Part shown: piece by piece, positions 10,761-21,593 of the stretch | How the letters are laid out: each line of letters starts with the position of its first letter | Position numbering within the stretch: position 1 is the first letter of the stretch | Assembly (NCBI GenBank): GCA_964036045.1 | Contig: OZ038378.1 | Coordinates: forward strand, 59,458,001-59,522,000 | DNA from: Eutreptiella sp. 'Long Island Sound 2002' | Taxonomy: Eukaryota > Protista > Euglenida | DNA: 64,000 bases | Reading direction: 5' to 3' | The notes under the pieces: model-generated | Databases searched by the model: none | Told to the model about the DNA's origin: nothing | What the model saw: the letters and a program-made list of their open reading frames with translations, nothing else | Program-made: the position numbers and the translations under genes

Positions 10761-12239
10761 CGGAGCCTGGTATGCGGCCTCGGGGTTATTCCTATCCCAT
10801 GCAGCAGTGGCGGTGGCTTTGGCAGACAGAGTTTTGCGAACTGAAGAGCTACAGAGCGCCAGCAAATGCACATCTCTTAACCTGGCACGCGATGCGTCTG
10901 TCCTGCCTGTCAGAAATGTAAAGTGATAAAACAAAAATGTTTTTAGTTCTGTCAAAATTTGACCGTGGATGCGCGTGCGCAATGTGGGCAGATCCTTTAG
11001 TCGTACGTGTAGTCCTAAGCCGTACTAGCAATCGGCCCGCGCAAATGCGCAGGTTTCAAACAAAATTTATAGAGTGATAGGGCCGCATCCTCACAGTTGG
11101 GTATCCAGCCTACGCGGTGATCCTATCAGGGTTCGCACTGGTCCCATGGGTAGGGATGGCAGAGGCTCCGCATTGATCTTGTTGTCGGCCCATCACTCAC
11201 GGTATGAGACGTTGAAGTTGGATGGCATCTACGCTGTGAGCTGTGGAAGATCTCAGTCCAATATTTCCGGCCAAACGATGTTTTCAATGGCTCCATAGTT
11301 GTTTGCGTCCGGGGTTGCGGGGAAGTGCCGCCCGGGCCCGAAGAGGTGCCCAGGGGTCCCCCTCTAAAGGATTCCGTGGAGCCGCAGGGGAGACAGCCGG
11401 AGGAGCTGTGGCATGTGATTCCTAGGTTGGGTTGCGCAGAGACTGCAGCAAATTGCGCAAGTTCCCGTTGGTATCCTTGGGAGGCCTCAAGCTCTCCTCC
11501 ACAGAAGGCACCGGTGAGGGCGCCCGCTGTGGCGAAGGGCTATCAGCCACCACAAGAACATCCGCCGAGGATGCTGCCGGGGATGGCAACCTTGCGCGGA
11601 CCCGGGGATGGCGACTGTGGTGCCGAGACGGCACCCGGGGGGATTCCGTGTTATGCCACAGACACTCCACTTCACTGTTGGGGCTACAGCCGAAGGGATT
11701 GAAGCTGCTTACAGACATGAGTACCTGCTAAGAGCTATGAGTGCACCGAACAGGGGGGTATTGCACCAGTGATGCAATGCCGGCAGGACGTTCGCTCTAA
11801 GCCGCTCAGGGACATCGAGGAAACCTCAGGGGATTTGCAGAAATCGACCGGGGTGTCCACATGCCCCCAAGTGTGCTCCATGTTTAAGGAGGGGATATGG
11901 AATGCCCAACCGAAGACTTGGGAGGGTGGTGCTGACCCGCGGACCATGGAGGGTGATGAGGCGAACTACACGGCCTTCCTCCTTGGGAGGCCATCCTTGC
12001 AAGCCGCCAGCTGCAGTACACAACGCATTTTAAAATTGCCACGTGCCTGGGTCGTCTTGTGCATTTTGCACACGACAATGGCCATGGGCCGCTTGCACAA
12101 CCCACGACACGTCAAAGTATGCAAACAACCATGTCATGCACTGTGCTTGCACATTGGCCTCCCTGTGGATGGCCGACCACGGACGACCCGACACCTCGTC
12201 CACCCCCTCCACGCGACAGCCCCCCCCCCCCCCCCTGGC

Positions 12240-12780
12240 TGCTGTGCTCGTTGTGACCATGTTTCAGAAAGCGGTTACTACTTTCCGAAATGTCACCCGA
12301 GAACATAGCCACGCCAATTGGCTTAATGTTCTGCAACATGGTATCTACATCATGCTCAAGGCTTAGTAGAGACCATGATGCTGTTCCGACACTACACGGT
12401 CGCCGAAAATCACGGGCCACAGCAGCACAATTCAATGGGTTGGGGCCTTCATATGTACAATAGAGGGCCTGCAGCAGGTCCCACATGTTCGCGATGGTCT
12501 TGTACTTGGCCGAGCTTGGCCTAATGCCGAGGCACTTAGCAATATCCGGGCATGCGTCAAAAAAATTGGCCGTCTCCTACCCGTCCGGGGAAGCTGACCC
12601 ATAAACGCTCCAACCTGCAACTTTCCGACAGGGGAACTTGCAAGTCTTGACGGAGCGCAGGGGTGACCGACCTAGCCTCCCGGTCGCAAGTGCCATGCTC
12701 GGCCAGGGATGCCATGGAGGTAAGGAGGGGCCAGGGCCACATGCAGGCTTCCCTGAACCACATCATTTCGCAAGATGGCA
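12240..12780 (-). pseudogene. Possible Transib/RAG1-like DDE transposase C-terminal remnant
   Basis: DG*ETANFFDACPDIAKCLG...WSLLSLEHDVDTML..IKPIGVAMFSGDISESSNRFLKHGHNEHS resembles the H...IG..SEE..ES.NK.....H pattern of Transib/RAG1. It is interrupted by a stop and frameshifts. Confidence 0.35.
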
Positions 12781-12982
12781 TCGCAAGAGCAGATGGACGA
12801 GCTGATGAGGCAGGCATATGTCGTGTTGTGCGTTCTAGCGGTGATCTAGGGAATCGTTCTAGTCTTGATCTAGGCAGCACGATCGGCCGCTAGACTATCG
12901 CTAGAACGCCGCTAGAAAAGTTGCCTAGAACGCCGCTAGAACGCTTCTGTGTCTGCTACACAATGCGGCGACCCAGGCGCTG

Positions 12983-13900
12983 ATGGCGGATATCCTGGAG
13001 GCGCAAAGACGGGCACGGCAGGCTCCGGCCGAGGAGGCGGAGCCAAAGGCCGAGCAGGCCCTGAAGGGCAAGGCACCCCCCCTCCCCAAGCCTAAGGCCA
13101 AGGCCGAGCCCCAACCCCAAGCCCCTCATCCAACATCGCCACCCCCTCTCCCGTTGGTCGCCCGGAAGCAGGGGTCGGCAGCGGTCCCCGCGGGGGAGGA
13201 CCCGGAGGTGGAGTAGGCGCGGGGGGAGCTCAAAGGGCTCTTGGGTTCCCTTGCAGCCTCCAAGGCGGCCAAGGGAAGGGCTGAGACCAAAGTCTCCCAA
13301 TGGGAGACGAAATTGGCCAGCCGCCGGGAGGGATGGGATGCGGAGAGGATCCACTGGGGGGAGGCCAACCTTCGCAAGGCGAAGGCGAAGGTTGCGGAGG
13401 AGGAGGAGGCGATCGATGGGTTCGATCGCGCGGTGCGGCAGAGCGAGAGGGAGTTGGCGGCAGTGGTGGCGAGGGTGAAGGAGGAGGAGGTGGACGAGGT
13501 GGTGGAGTTGGACGCGGAGGCAGAGGAGATGGAGGAGGAGATCGTGAAGAGGGAGGAGGAGGCGAAGGCGCTGGTGGCGTTGCCGGCGGGGGGGAGGGCG
13601 AGCCAGTGGCTCAGGCAGATGATGGGGTCGAGGGGTGCGGGGGCCCTCCAGGTCTTGCCATGGGACCCGGCTGTCCTGGCTGGCCCCACCTCCCAAAACC
13701 TGGACACCCCCCTCCTCGTCGCCCCGGAGAGTCCGGTATGGACTCTCCGGTTTTTGTTGGTGCAGGTGCACCACCGGCTGTTGGGGGCGGGGCGGTGGGT
13801 ATGGGTGGACGAGGGGGGGGTTATCCACCTGGACAAGGCCCTGCACCTAGGGGTGGTCAACGGGTCGTGGGGGTGGCAACGTGAGTTGCCCGGGCCGGGG
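12983..13900 (+). pseudogene. Coiled-coil/acidic ORF of unknown function, interrupted by an in-frame TAG
   Basis: ORFs 12983-13216 and 13241 onward are in the same frame, separated by TAG 13214-13216. A/E/K-rich heptad-like sequence. Confidence 0.35.
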
Positions 13901-14369
13901 AAGCGATGGGGGGAGGTGCCCCCCCCCAAAAAAAAATGGGGGCGAAGATGTTTGAGTAGGCGCAAACCAACATCTTCACCCCCGAGCGGAAAAAGGGGGG
14001 GGGCACCCACGGGCGATGGGGGATGGAGTATGTGGAGAAGGCCTCGGTGTGGAAGCAGACCTGGTCGGCGCTGTGCTGTGCAGCGCCGGCGCTGGCGCGG
14101 GCGATAACATAGACGGATAGCGTTAACAGGTGGTTCTGGGAGTAGTTACAGGCGGTTAGCGCCCGCTCGGCCAACTGAACAGCCAGAATCGGTGAAGATG
14201 CAACCGTACTGCACACCGATCGATGCGCCTCAAAAATGGGCATACATCTGTGTAATTAGAAAAAAAAATGCCGCATTGTAGCATAAATTCTTTTCTGCGA
14301 TGCGCACACGCGCGCCGCCGCCAGGCCCGCGCCTGGACACGACGACGACCAGTCTGAAAATAATAGAAA

Positions 14370-15538
14370 CTAGCAATCGGCCCGCGCAAATGCGCGGGTT
14401 GCAAACAAAATTCATAGAGTGATAGGGCCGCGTCCTCACAGTTGGGTATCCAGCCTACGCGGTGATCCTATCAGGGTTCGCACTGGTCCCATGCGTAGGG
14501 ATGGCAGAGGCTCCGCATTGATCTTGTTGTCGGCCCATCACTCACGGTATGAGACGTTGAAGTTGGATGGCATGTACGTTGTGAGCTGTGGAAGATCTCA
14601 GTCCAATATTTCCGGCCAAACGATGTTTTCAATGACTCCATAGTTGTTTGCGTCAACCTGTAAGTCTGCTGCTGTCCATACTTTGAAAGCGCTTAAATTT
14701 CCGCAGCGCGATAGAGCAACATAAAGTTGACCATGTGAAAATGGTCGGGTTGCCAGTAAGAGACCCACTTTGGAAAACGTTTGACCTTGGCTTTTGTTAA
14801 TGGTCATACAGAAGGCTAACTTTACAGGAAATTGGCAGCGAATGAATTTGATAGGGAGATCATCATCATCAGATACAATGAGATTGATTCGGGGTATGCA
14901 AACGGAGTTTCCTTTGTGTGTTCCTGTTAGCACCGTTGCTTGGATTGTGTAGCGAAGACACGAAGTAACACTCAATCGGGTGCCATTCATAAGGACAGCA
15001 ACACGATTCAAGTTGCGGATGAGTATTATTGGTGCTCCAACCTTAAGATTGAGACAATGTTGTGGCATTCCTGATGGGAGTAACGTGTTTAAGAAATCGT
15101 TTGGGTAAATGTTGGACTGGGCTTCAGAATCTTCATCAAAATAGAAGTGATGCAGTGCGGCATGAAGTTCGCTCTAAGCCCGCTCGGGGGCATAGAGGAA
15201 ACCTCGGGGGAAGTGCAAAATTTGATCCACCCGTGTGCCGTGCTGTGCAGCGCCGGCGCTGGCGCTGAGGATAACATCGACCAATAGTGTTAACTGGTGG
15301 TTCTGGGAGTAGTTACAGGCGGTTAGCGCCCGCTCGGCCAACTGAACAGCCAGAATCGGCGAAGATGCAACCGTACTGCACACGGATCGATGCGCCCCAA
15401 ACATGCGCATACATCTGTGTAATTAAAAAAAAAATGCCGCCTTGTAGCATAAATTATTTTCTGCGAGGCGCACACGCGCGCCGCCGCCAGGCCCGCGCCT
15501 GGACACGACGACGACGACCAGTCTGAAAATAATAGAAA
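14370..15538 (-). mobile_element. Non-autonomous Helitron derivative C2 (1.17 kb)
   Basis: Perfect CCCGCGC-AAAT-GCGCGGG hairpin (14381-14398) plus CTAG (14370-14373). Contains a Pif1 3' fragment. Its ~300-bp 5' end is shared with C1. Confidence 0.8.
14598..15165 (-). pseudogene. Helitron Pif1 helicase C-terminal fragment
   Basis: IYPNDFLNTLLPSGMPQHCLNLKVGAPIILIRNL, NGTRL, QFPVKLAFCMTINKSQGQTF, FSHGQLYVALSR. Confidence 0.9.
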
Positions 15539-15652
15539 CTAGTGCGAATGCCCGCGCTTGAAGCGCGGGCCATATCACCATATCACCATAGACCATATCT
15601 CACACCGCACCGCATTTCACATGCCCAATACAACACACCTCATGTTCCGCAC
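15539..15652 (-). mobile_element. 3' portion of the first non-autonomous Helitron array unit, separated from its remainder by the LTR element
   Basis: CTAG at 15539-15542 plus the CCCGCGC-TTGAA-GCGCGGG hairpin. The sequence resumes at 34136 (CTCATATCCCGTGCC) exactly as in intact units. Confidence 0.9.
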
Positions 15653-17035
15653 TGTAATGAAAAATGGGCATCGGGGCATCAATTGGCCATTATTGGACCA
15701 GAAGTTTCATTAAAAAGCATCACAAATCCTCTAATCCGCATTAACAATTGAGGATCGGCATGCCGCCCCCGACAGTAGGAGCGGCCCCATGACGAATGCC
15801 GAGACGTGGACAGAAATTCTCAAATTCTGTCGATTTTTGTACAAGACGGAATACAAATTGTTTTTTGCATTGAAATGTCGACAATTCCGTCCTTGATCGC
15901 ATCGGTCCCAGCCGGTTTCGTCGACACCGCCTTGGACCACAATGATGATTCTCAAGTCGGTTTCAAGAAGCCGCCTTGATTCCAACGTCGCCGACAACAC
16001 CACTTGATTCTCACAACCACGTCGTGTTTTTATCACATTGATTTCCATTTTGCCATGTTTACCATGTTGATGAATTTTTGTGTCTCTCATGTTGTTTGCA
16101 TGATTCGTAATTGCTCACAATCAAATTCGAGACACACCATTTCCATTGAGTATGATCACATGTGAGTTGCCATGTCAAGAATCCTCAATTCTCCAACATG
16201 CATGACTTCACATGTATGCATTTCTATGCACATGCATAATTCATGTTTCATAGATTCATGCATGATCATGCTCATTAACTACACATGTGTCAAAGCACAT
16301 ACATGGCATGTGTTCCCCACTCCCCTCAACTTTGGGTCACACCTCCCCATGGGCTTGGATATCAATTCAAGCCAAAAGTCACATTTTTTTGCATGAACAT
16401 GCAATGTTTTGCTTTCATGACCCATGGTGAACATTTTTGACTATGTGTCAAATTTTGGAGTTTTTGCATGACATGGGTTCAACACTTCACCCATGCTTTC
16501 CTCTCTCTCTCTCCCCTTCTCTCTCCCATGATGTGTTGTCTCTTTTGTTCCAAAGCAATTGCTCCATATCTCAGGACCTCCTTCTCCTTGCCGAAATTAT
16601 GTTTCAATCTCAATTCGTCGCAATGCCATGAATTCATTGATCCACCGAATCAATTCATTCGAATCATTGACAAGGAATCAGAATTTGGAGAACTCGTATT
16701 GGTGACGTACCAAGGTTTTGAACCACGCATCTTCGTTTGTTTGGGTTTTGTCTAGTGTCCGTTTGTGCTTCAAGGGATTGCTGAATTTTGCATAATTAGG
16801 GTGAGCCCCATTAAAACAAACACCAAGGCATCTCAATCACCACCTTCAACTTCCTAAAGTGCTTCCATTAGGTTTTACATTATCTTAAACTTTTTGGATT
16901 GCATTTTTCGAAGGATTTTCCTTTTTCAGATTTTTTTACTCTGCTTGGAGAATAAATTTTGATCCTGCGCTCCATGGCTCAACTAACACCACCCGCCATG
17001 GATAAGATAATAAGCTCCTCTCCAAGCTTATTACA
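15653..17035 (+). repeat. 5' LTR (1383 bp)
   Basis: TG...CA termini. About 15-20 differences from the 3' LTR counted by eye (~98.5-99% identity). Confidence 0.95.
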
Positions 17036-20000
17036 TGGTAGCAGTTCCGGTTCCCCAATCGGGGCCACATGGGGCGATGTTAAACACCCCAACCTCTCCC
17101 CTCAAGCAATGGAAATCGTTGGGAAGCACGCCCCCCGATCAGCCCCGAAGCACAAACTTAAGGTCCGGTCGTCGTCCTCCCCTCCTACCTCGCGAAGAGT
17201 CAGTTATGGCCAAGGTCAGGGTAGTGAGTTAGCTAGCCACACGGTGCATCATGAGTTGTACGATGTAGCAAGTGGTATAGGAGGTATTAGTGTTAAGCGT
17301 AGGCGACTGGATGATGGGACCGCCGAGACGGACATAGCTATGCCGTCTTGGGTGATCAATACCCTTGTGAAAAGAGTGGTTCGGGCCATGCGAGGGAAGC
17401 CCAAGAGTGGGGCTTCACAGGGGTCCGATAAGGATGTACCAAATGTACCAATGGACTCCCAACCCGAACCCCAATCGGAGGATGCCCGTAGTGAGGCAGC
17501 GACCGGTGTAGTAGGTGCGGTACTTAGTCAGCTTCGTAGGCAATCGGCGGCACACGGCGAAGAACTCCTCCTCTTAAAGGGTGAACATCAAGTGTTAGGG
17601 TCCGAGGCCACCAAGGCAATGGAGGTGGCCAGGGAAGCATCCCAAAAGGCCCAATTGGCCTCCGAGACAGCGGGCCGGAGCGCCGCTACGGCAAAGGGGG
17701 CCAACACGCAGACAACCGCGTTGCGCGACGACGTCTCTCACATCAACAAGCGGCTCGACGAGCACGAGGCAGCCACACGGGCAGACGGAGAGGCCTTGCG
17801 GGGCCGTATACAAGCCTTGGAGGAGGCCAACGCCGCCAGGGGCAGCCACAGCCCGCCGAGCGACGCCGCCACCGAGGTCCGGGCGGCCAAGGTGACCATC
17901 GAGGCGACCAAGAGAGACGTTGCGGCCATGTCGGCCGACGTCAAGGCTGCGGTTGCCGCTGGGGAGTTACTCCGGGGCACCAAAGCCATCCTGGAGGGGC
18001 TCCAGGTCGAGGTGCGCTCCGCACGCAGCGGGGGCGCCCAGCACACCAAGGACATCATCGAGCTCACGGAGACCGTCCGGAACGTCACCGAGACGGCCAC
18101 CCTCGCCCTGCAGGGCGCAGAGGAGGCAACAGCGGCCATCGACAAGATTAAGAGGGACGCCGCCGCCACACGGGAAACCGCCATCGCCAACAACAAGTCC
18201 ATCGACACCACGAGGCGGGACGTCGAGGCCGCGTGGAGCGACATCACCGGTCTCCGCGACGACGTCAAGAAGATCGAGGCAGCCGCGGAGGTCAGCAACC
18301 AAACCCTCCAGCGGCTGCGGCGGGACACGGACGCCAACGTCAAGACCGCCAACAGCGACGCGAAGGCCGCAAGCCAACGGGCAGCCACAGCCCAAGGCGC
18401 CGCCGACGAGGCCAGGACGGACGCAGCTGCCCTGCGCAGGGAGCTGCAGGCGGCCCAGGCCCAGGTCGAGACCCACGCCGCGGCAGTCCAGACGGCCAAA
18501 CGGGAAGCGGCCGACGCACGGCAGCAAGCCGCCGCAGCGGGGGACGCCGTCAAGCTCCTCCAGCAGCGGATCGCCGCCGTCGAACAGGAGAACGAGCGGC
18601 GGTACAACGCGCTGCAACGGGCGTCAGACACAGCCCAAGCAGCGCAACAGGCCGAGGCCGAGAGGGTTAGGGCTCAGTTTCAGGCAGTTCATAGCGCCCA
18701 GGAGGATTGGCAAGCCGCCGTCGCCGTAGAGGTAGAGTCTCTTAGAGGTATGCAGGCTGAGCTAGTAAAAGCACCGGTCGCAAACACCTCCATTGGACAG
18801 GCAAGCATGCATGATAGTGCGGGATTTGCTGAATTGGTTCAAGAAGCGCGGAAAGCTGCACTAACAGCCAAATCAGAGGCAGATAGAGCCGAGTTGAAGG
18901 GTTCCAGTGTGGAACAGATGCAAAGTTTGCATCGACCAGCCCAGGAGGACGCAGTGGGGAGGGCTGAGGCGGCAGCACTCGAGGCTAGGCAAGTTGCTGT
19001 TGCTACCCGGGAGGACTGCAATACTTACGTGCAAAATGCACGTAGATTGGCCGGGGACGCGCAAGCAGCTTATGAGAGACTGGCGCAACAGCCCCCGCCC
19101 CCCTCGCCAGGTCCCACGCCGTCTGGGTTGGATGATTTTCAACAAACGGCTCAACGGTGGTTGAAGGAATGTGAAGCAAGTCCCTCAGTGGCTCGGCAAC
19201 ATGCTGAAAATGCTAGCGAGTTTGCCAAAAGAGCGAATGTGAGTGCTGGCCAAGCAGCAAAACGCGCGGAGAGCATCAAAGATGCTGCTCATCGTGCAAT
19301 AGGTGAGTCACCGGGCGGTGCTGGACCACCCCAGCAGTTTGTGACTGAACTGAAGTTTGAACTTGGACAATTGCAGTCTCAATTTCGAGACTTGAACCAG
19401 GAAATAGGCCAAAAAGTCAACGAATTCGTTGATTTGGTGTCCGACGTCAAATTAGACACTTGCAATAGGTTGGACGACTTAGATGGCAAATTGGCCAGAC
19501 ACTCAGCCACAGGGTCATCCCCCAAAGGAGGTCCGAGTATGGATGGCCTTGAAGCTGACATGCAGCAATTCCGAGAAGAGCTGAATGACGTTTGGGGACG
19601 AATGGAGGCGGACGCCGAGGCATATGATTACTTGGATGAGCGCTTGACGCGGTTGGAAAACAAGACGACTCCAAGTCTAGGGGAATTGGGGCCACGGGAC
19701 AATTCCCGGCCCCCTCGGTTAGACCGCCCCGGTCCCGGACAGCAACCCGCACGTGAAAGAAACGGTTCCTGGTATGAAGACCGTAGGTCAGAACGGTCTG
19801 AGAGGTCTGAAACTAGGGGTAGGGCTTGGTATGATCGGCCCGCCGACCGGCATAGGCGTAGCAGTAGGGATAGCCTACGTAGTGTCCGGTATGGTAGTTA
19901 CAATCGAACCGAGCGGCGTTTTGATCCCCTTGAAGGCTTGCCGGAACCGCCAGGGTGGTGGAAAAGTGGCCCGTATGGACCGCTGCCCGGAGTCTTTGGG

Positions 20001-21593
20001 GTACACGGAGACATTCGCTGGTTCCAGATTGCCCCCTATTTTCAAGACGGTTACTTCATTCCCGGAAAGGCATATCGCACAGCTGCAGAGCTGAAAAAGG
20101 ATATCATACAGAAACGGGCTAAAATTCAGCCCACAGGTATTCCCGTAGAAATGGCTTTCAAGGAGGCCAAGCCTCCATTGAAGTTTAAGTCTTTCACGGA
20201 CATCCCGCGGAATGCAACGGCGGCATCCGATGAAGGGATGTTTGGGGAGCATAAGAATTCCTGGCTCGATCCGAGGACAAAGAAGGCCCTTCAAAAAACG
20301 GCCGAAGTGCCTGTTTGGGACGGTGAGCCTGCCACTTTGGAGCGTTGGATCCATAGAACGCTTCGCTGGAGGCGAAATTATGCCAACAGATTTGATCAAG
20401 ACCAGCAGGCAAAGATCTTAATTGCGGCCATAGAAAACGAGGGTGTAAGGGATAGGATCGAGAAGGCATATGATCGCGAAGACATGTCGTTGAAGGATCT
20501 CTGGTTCTGCATCACCGGGAGAGTGATGGAAAACATCCATCGTCCGGAAGCCGTTTGGCACGCACGACACTTACCTAAGGTTGTTTTGACCTCTAGCATT
20601 TTGGCAGACTGGATGTCGGACTGGATGGAAGAAGAGGCTGATATCCCTGATGGTGTAACAATGCGGCACGCGACTGCACAGTTGCTTGCTGTTCTTGAAC
20701 AATACACCAAGGATGTGCCGGCAGACAAGGAAGTTAAGGCAGCATACAACAAGCTTTACTCTTTGCAGGCAGAGTATGCGGGGGTTGAGTTCAACTACCT
20801 GGAAATTTTCCTCATGATGCTGCCTCTCATCCAGGCTCGGGAGTACCAGGAGCAACAGGAGGAGTATATGAATAATCCTACTGGCTCCGAAGCACGAAAG
20901 GTGCGGGCTTTTGGAAGTAAAGGAGGTGGGACGGGTGACCGGTCTCGCAGTAAAAGTCGCGATGGCAACCGACATGGAGGAGAGTCCAAGCGCTCTCATT
21001 CTCAATCAGGGGCACATCGTGATTTTCGGAATCGCCGGGATAGCGTCACCAGCAATACCTCCCACGCATCTTCCTACAGCCAGCGGCGTAAGGAAGAAAT
21101 CCAGAAGTCCAAGCAACGGTGGAACAATTGCGCCAATTGTGGTCAACCGGGCCACTGGGCACGTCGCTGTCCCCATCCAAAGGATGACAAAAAGACTATT
21201 CCTCAAAAAGGTCCACGGAGCCAGTCCAAATGGCGATCTAGAGCCAAATCAGACGATATATGTAATCGTTGTGGCCAAAAGGGTCACTGGGCATCTGAGT
21301 GTCCCAACAAGGGCGGCTCACAAGAACGGTCACGGGGATCTCGAGACCGAAAGGGGTCTAAGGACCGCGATCATGATACACGGAACCGCCGTCGTAGCCA
21401 AGATCGCGGGCAAGGGTCCAAGGACCGAGGACGCGGGTCCCAGGACAAACGCTCAAACTCTCAGGAGCAGCGTCGCCAAGGTTCAAATTCCAAGGATCGC
21501 TCACGGTCTCGCTCATCAGCAAAACCGGATGACATTTGTCGTCGATGTGGTGGTAAGGGGCACCACGCCAAGGATTGCCCAACAAAGTTGTAG
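16974..21593 (+). CDS. gag: Very large Gag: long Ala-rich coiled coil, capsid-like region, three CCHC zinc knuckles in an RS-rich tail
   Basis: Open frame of ~1540 codons. Knuckles CANCGQPGHWARRC (~21129), CNRCGQKGHWASEC (~21261), CRRCGGKGHHAKDC (~21538). Capsid-like VPVWDGEPATLERWI. The true start is uncertain because the first ATG lies inside the LTR. Confidence 0.85.
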   Translation: MAQLTPPAMDKIISSSPSLLHGSSSGSPIGATWGDVKHPNLSPQAMEIVGKHAPRSAPKHKLKVRSSSSPPTSRRVSYGQGQGSELASHTVHHELYDVASGIGGISVKRRRLDDGTAETDIAMPSWVINTLVKRVVRAMRGKPKSGASQGSDKDVPNVPMDSQPEPQSEDARSEAATGVVGAVLSQLRRQSAAHGEELLLLKGEHQVLGSEATKAMEVAREASQKAQLASETAGRSAATAKGANTQTTALRDDVSHINKRLDEHEAATRADGEALRGRIQALEEANAARGSHSPPSDAATEVRAAKVTIEATKRDVAAMSADVKAAVAAGELLRGTKAILEGLQVEVRSARSGGAQHTKDIIELTETVRNVTETATLALQGAEEATAAIDKIKRDAAATRETAIANNKSIDTTRRDVEAAWSDITGLRDDVKKIEAAAEVSNQTLQRLRRDTDANVKTANSDAKAASQRAATAQGAADEARTDAAALRRELQAAQAQVETHAAAVQTAKREAADARQQAAAAGDAVKLLQQRIAAVEQENERRYNALQRASDTAQAAQQAEAERVRAQFQAVHSAQEDWQAAVAVEVESLRGMQAELVKAPVANTSIGQASMHDSAGFAELVQEARKAALTAKSEADRAELKGSSVEQMQSLHRPAQEDAVGRAEAAALEARQVAVATREDCNTYVQNARRLAGDAQAAYERLAQQPPPPSPGPTPSGLDDFQQTAQRWLKECEASPSVARQHAENASEFAKRANVSAGQAAKRAESIKDAAHRAIGESPGGAGPPQQFVTELKFELGQLQSQFRDLNQEIGQKVNEFVDLVSDVKLDTCNRLDDLDGKLARHSATGSSPKGGPSMDGLEADMQQFREELNDVWGRMEADAEAYDYLDERLTRLENKTTPSLGELGPRDNSRPPRLDRPGPGQQPARERNGSWYEDRRSERSERSETRGRAWYDRPADRHRRSSRDSLRSVRYGSYNRTERRFDPLEGLPEPPGWWKSGPYGPLPGVFGVHGDIRWFQIAPYFQDGYFIPGKAYRTAAELKKDIIQKRAKIQPTGIPVEMAFKEAKPPLKFKSFTDIPRNATAASDEGMFGEHKNSWLDPRTKKALQKTAEVPVWDGEPATLERWIHRTLRWRRNYANRFDQDQQAKILIAAIENEGVRDRIEKAYDREDMSLKDLWFCITGRVMENIHRPEAVWHARHLPKVVLTSSILADWMSDWMEEEADIPDGVTMRHATAQLLAVLEQYTKDVPADKEVKAAYNKLYSLQAEYAGVEFNYLEIFLMMLPLIQAREYQEQQEEYMNNPTGSEARKVRAFGSKGGGTGDRSRSKSRDGNRHGGESKRSHSQSGAHRDFRNRRDSVTSNTSHASSYSQRRKEEIQKSKQRWNNCANCGQPGHWARRCPHPKDDKKTIPQKGPRSQSKWRSRAKSDDICNRCGQKGHWASECPNKGGSQERSRGSRDRKGSKDRDHDTRNRRRSQDRGQGSKDRGRGSQDKRSNSQEQRRQGSNSKDRSRSRSSAKPDDICRRCGGKGHHAKDCPTKL
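17036..17044 (+). promoter_or_regulatory. Primer-binding site, initiator tRNA-Met type
   Basis: TGGTAGCAG immediately follows the LTR's terminal CA and is complementary to the 3' end (...CUGCUACCA) of many eukaryotic initiator tRNA-Met. Confidence 0.75.

Larger units (their letters stand above)
11025..14369 (-). mobile_element. Non-autonomous Helitron derivative C1 (3.3 kb) with captured interior
   Basis: 3' end is a CCCGCGC-AAAT-GCGCAGG hairpin plus CTAG (11025-11028) followed by T. 11025-11309 duplicates 14370-14654 (Pif1 C-terminus). The 5' end (TT-TCTATTATTTTCAGAC) matches the one at 15538, and ~14070-14369 duplicates ~15235-15538. Confidence 0.7.

Noticed and set aside
15731-16090. 119-aa antisense ORF present in both LTRs
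   Set aside because: Its duplication follows trivially from LTR identity, and there are no recognisable motifs.
17738-18729. Long antisense and alternate-frame ORFs over gag
   Set aside because: Shadow ORFs of a GC3-rich coding strand.
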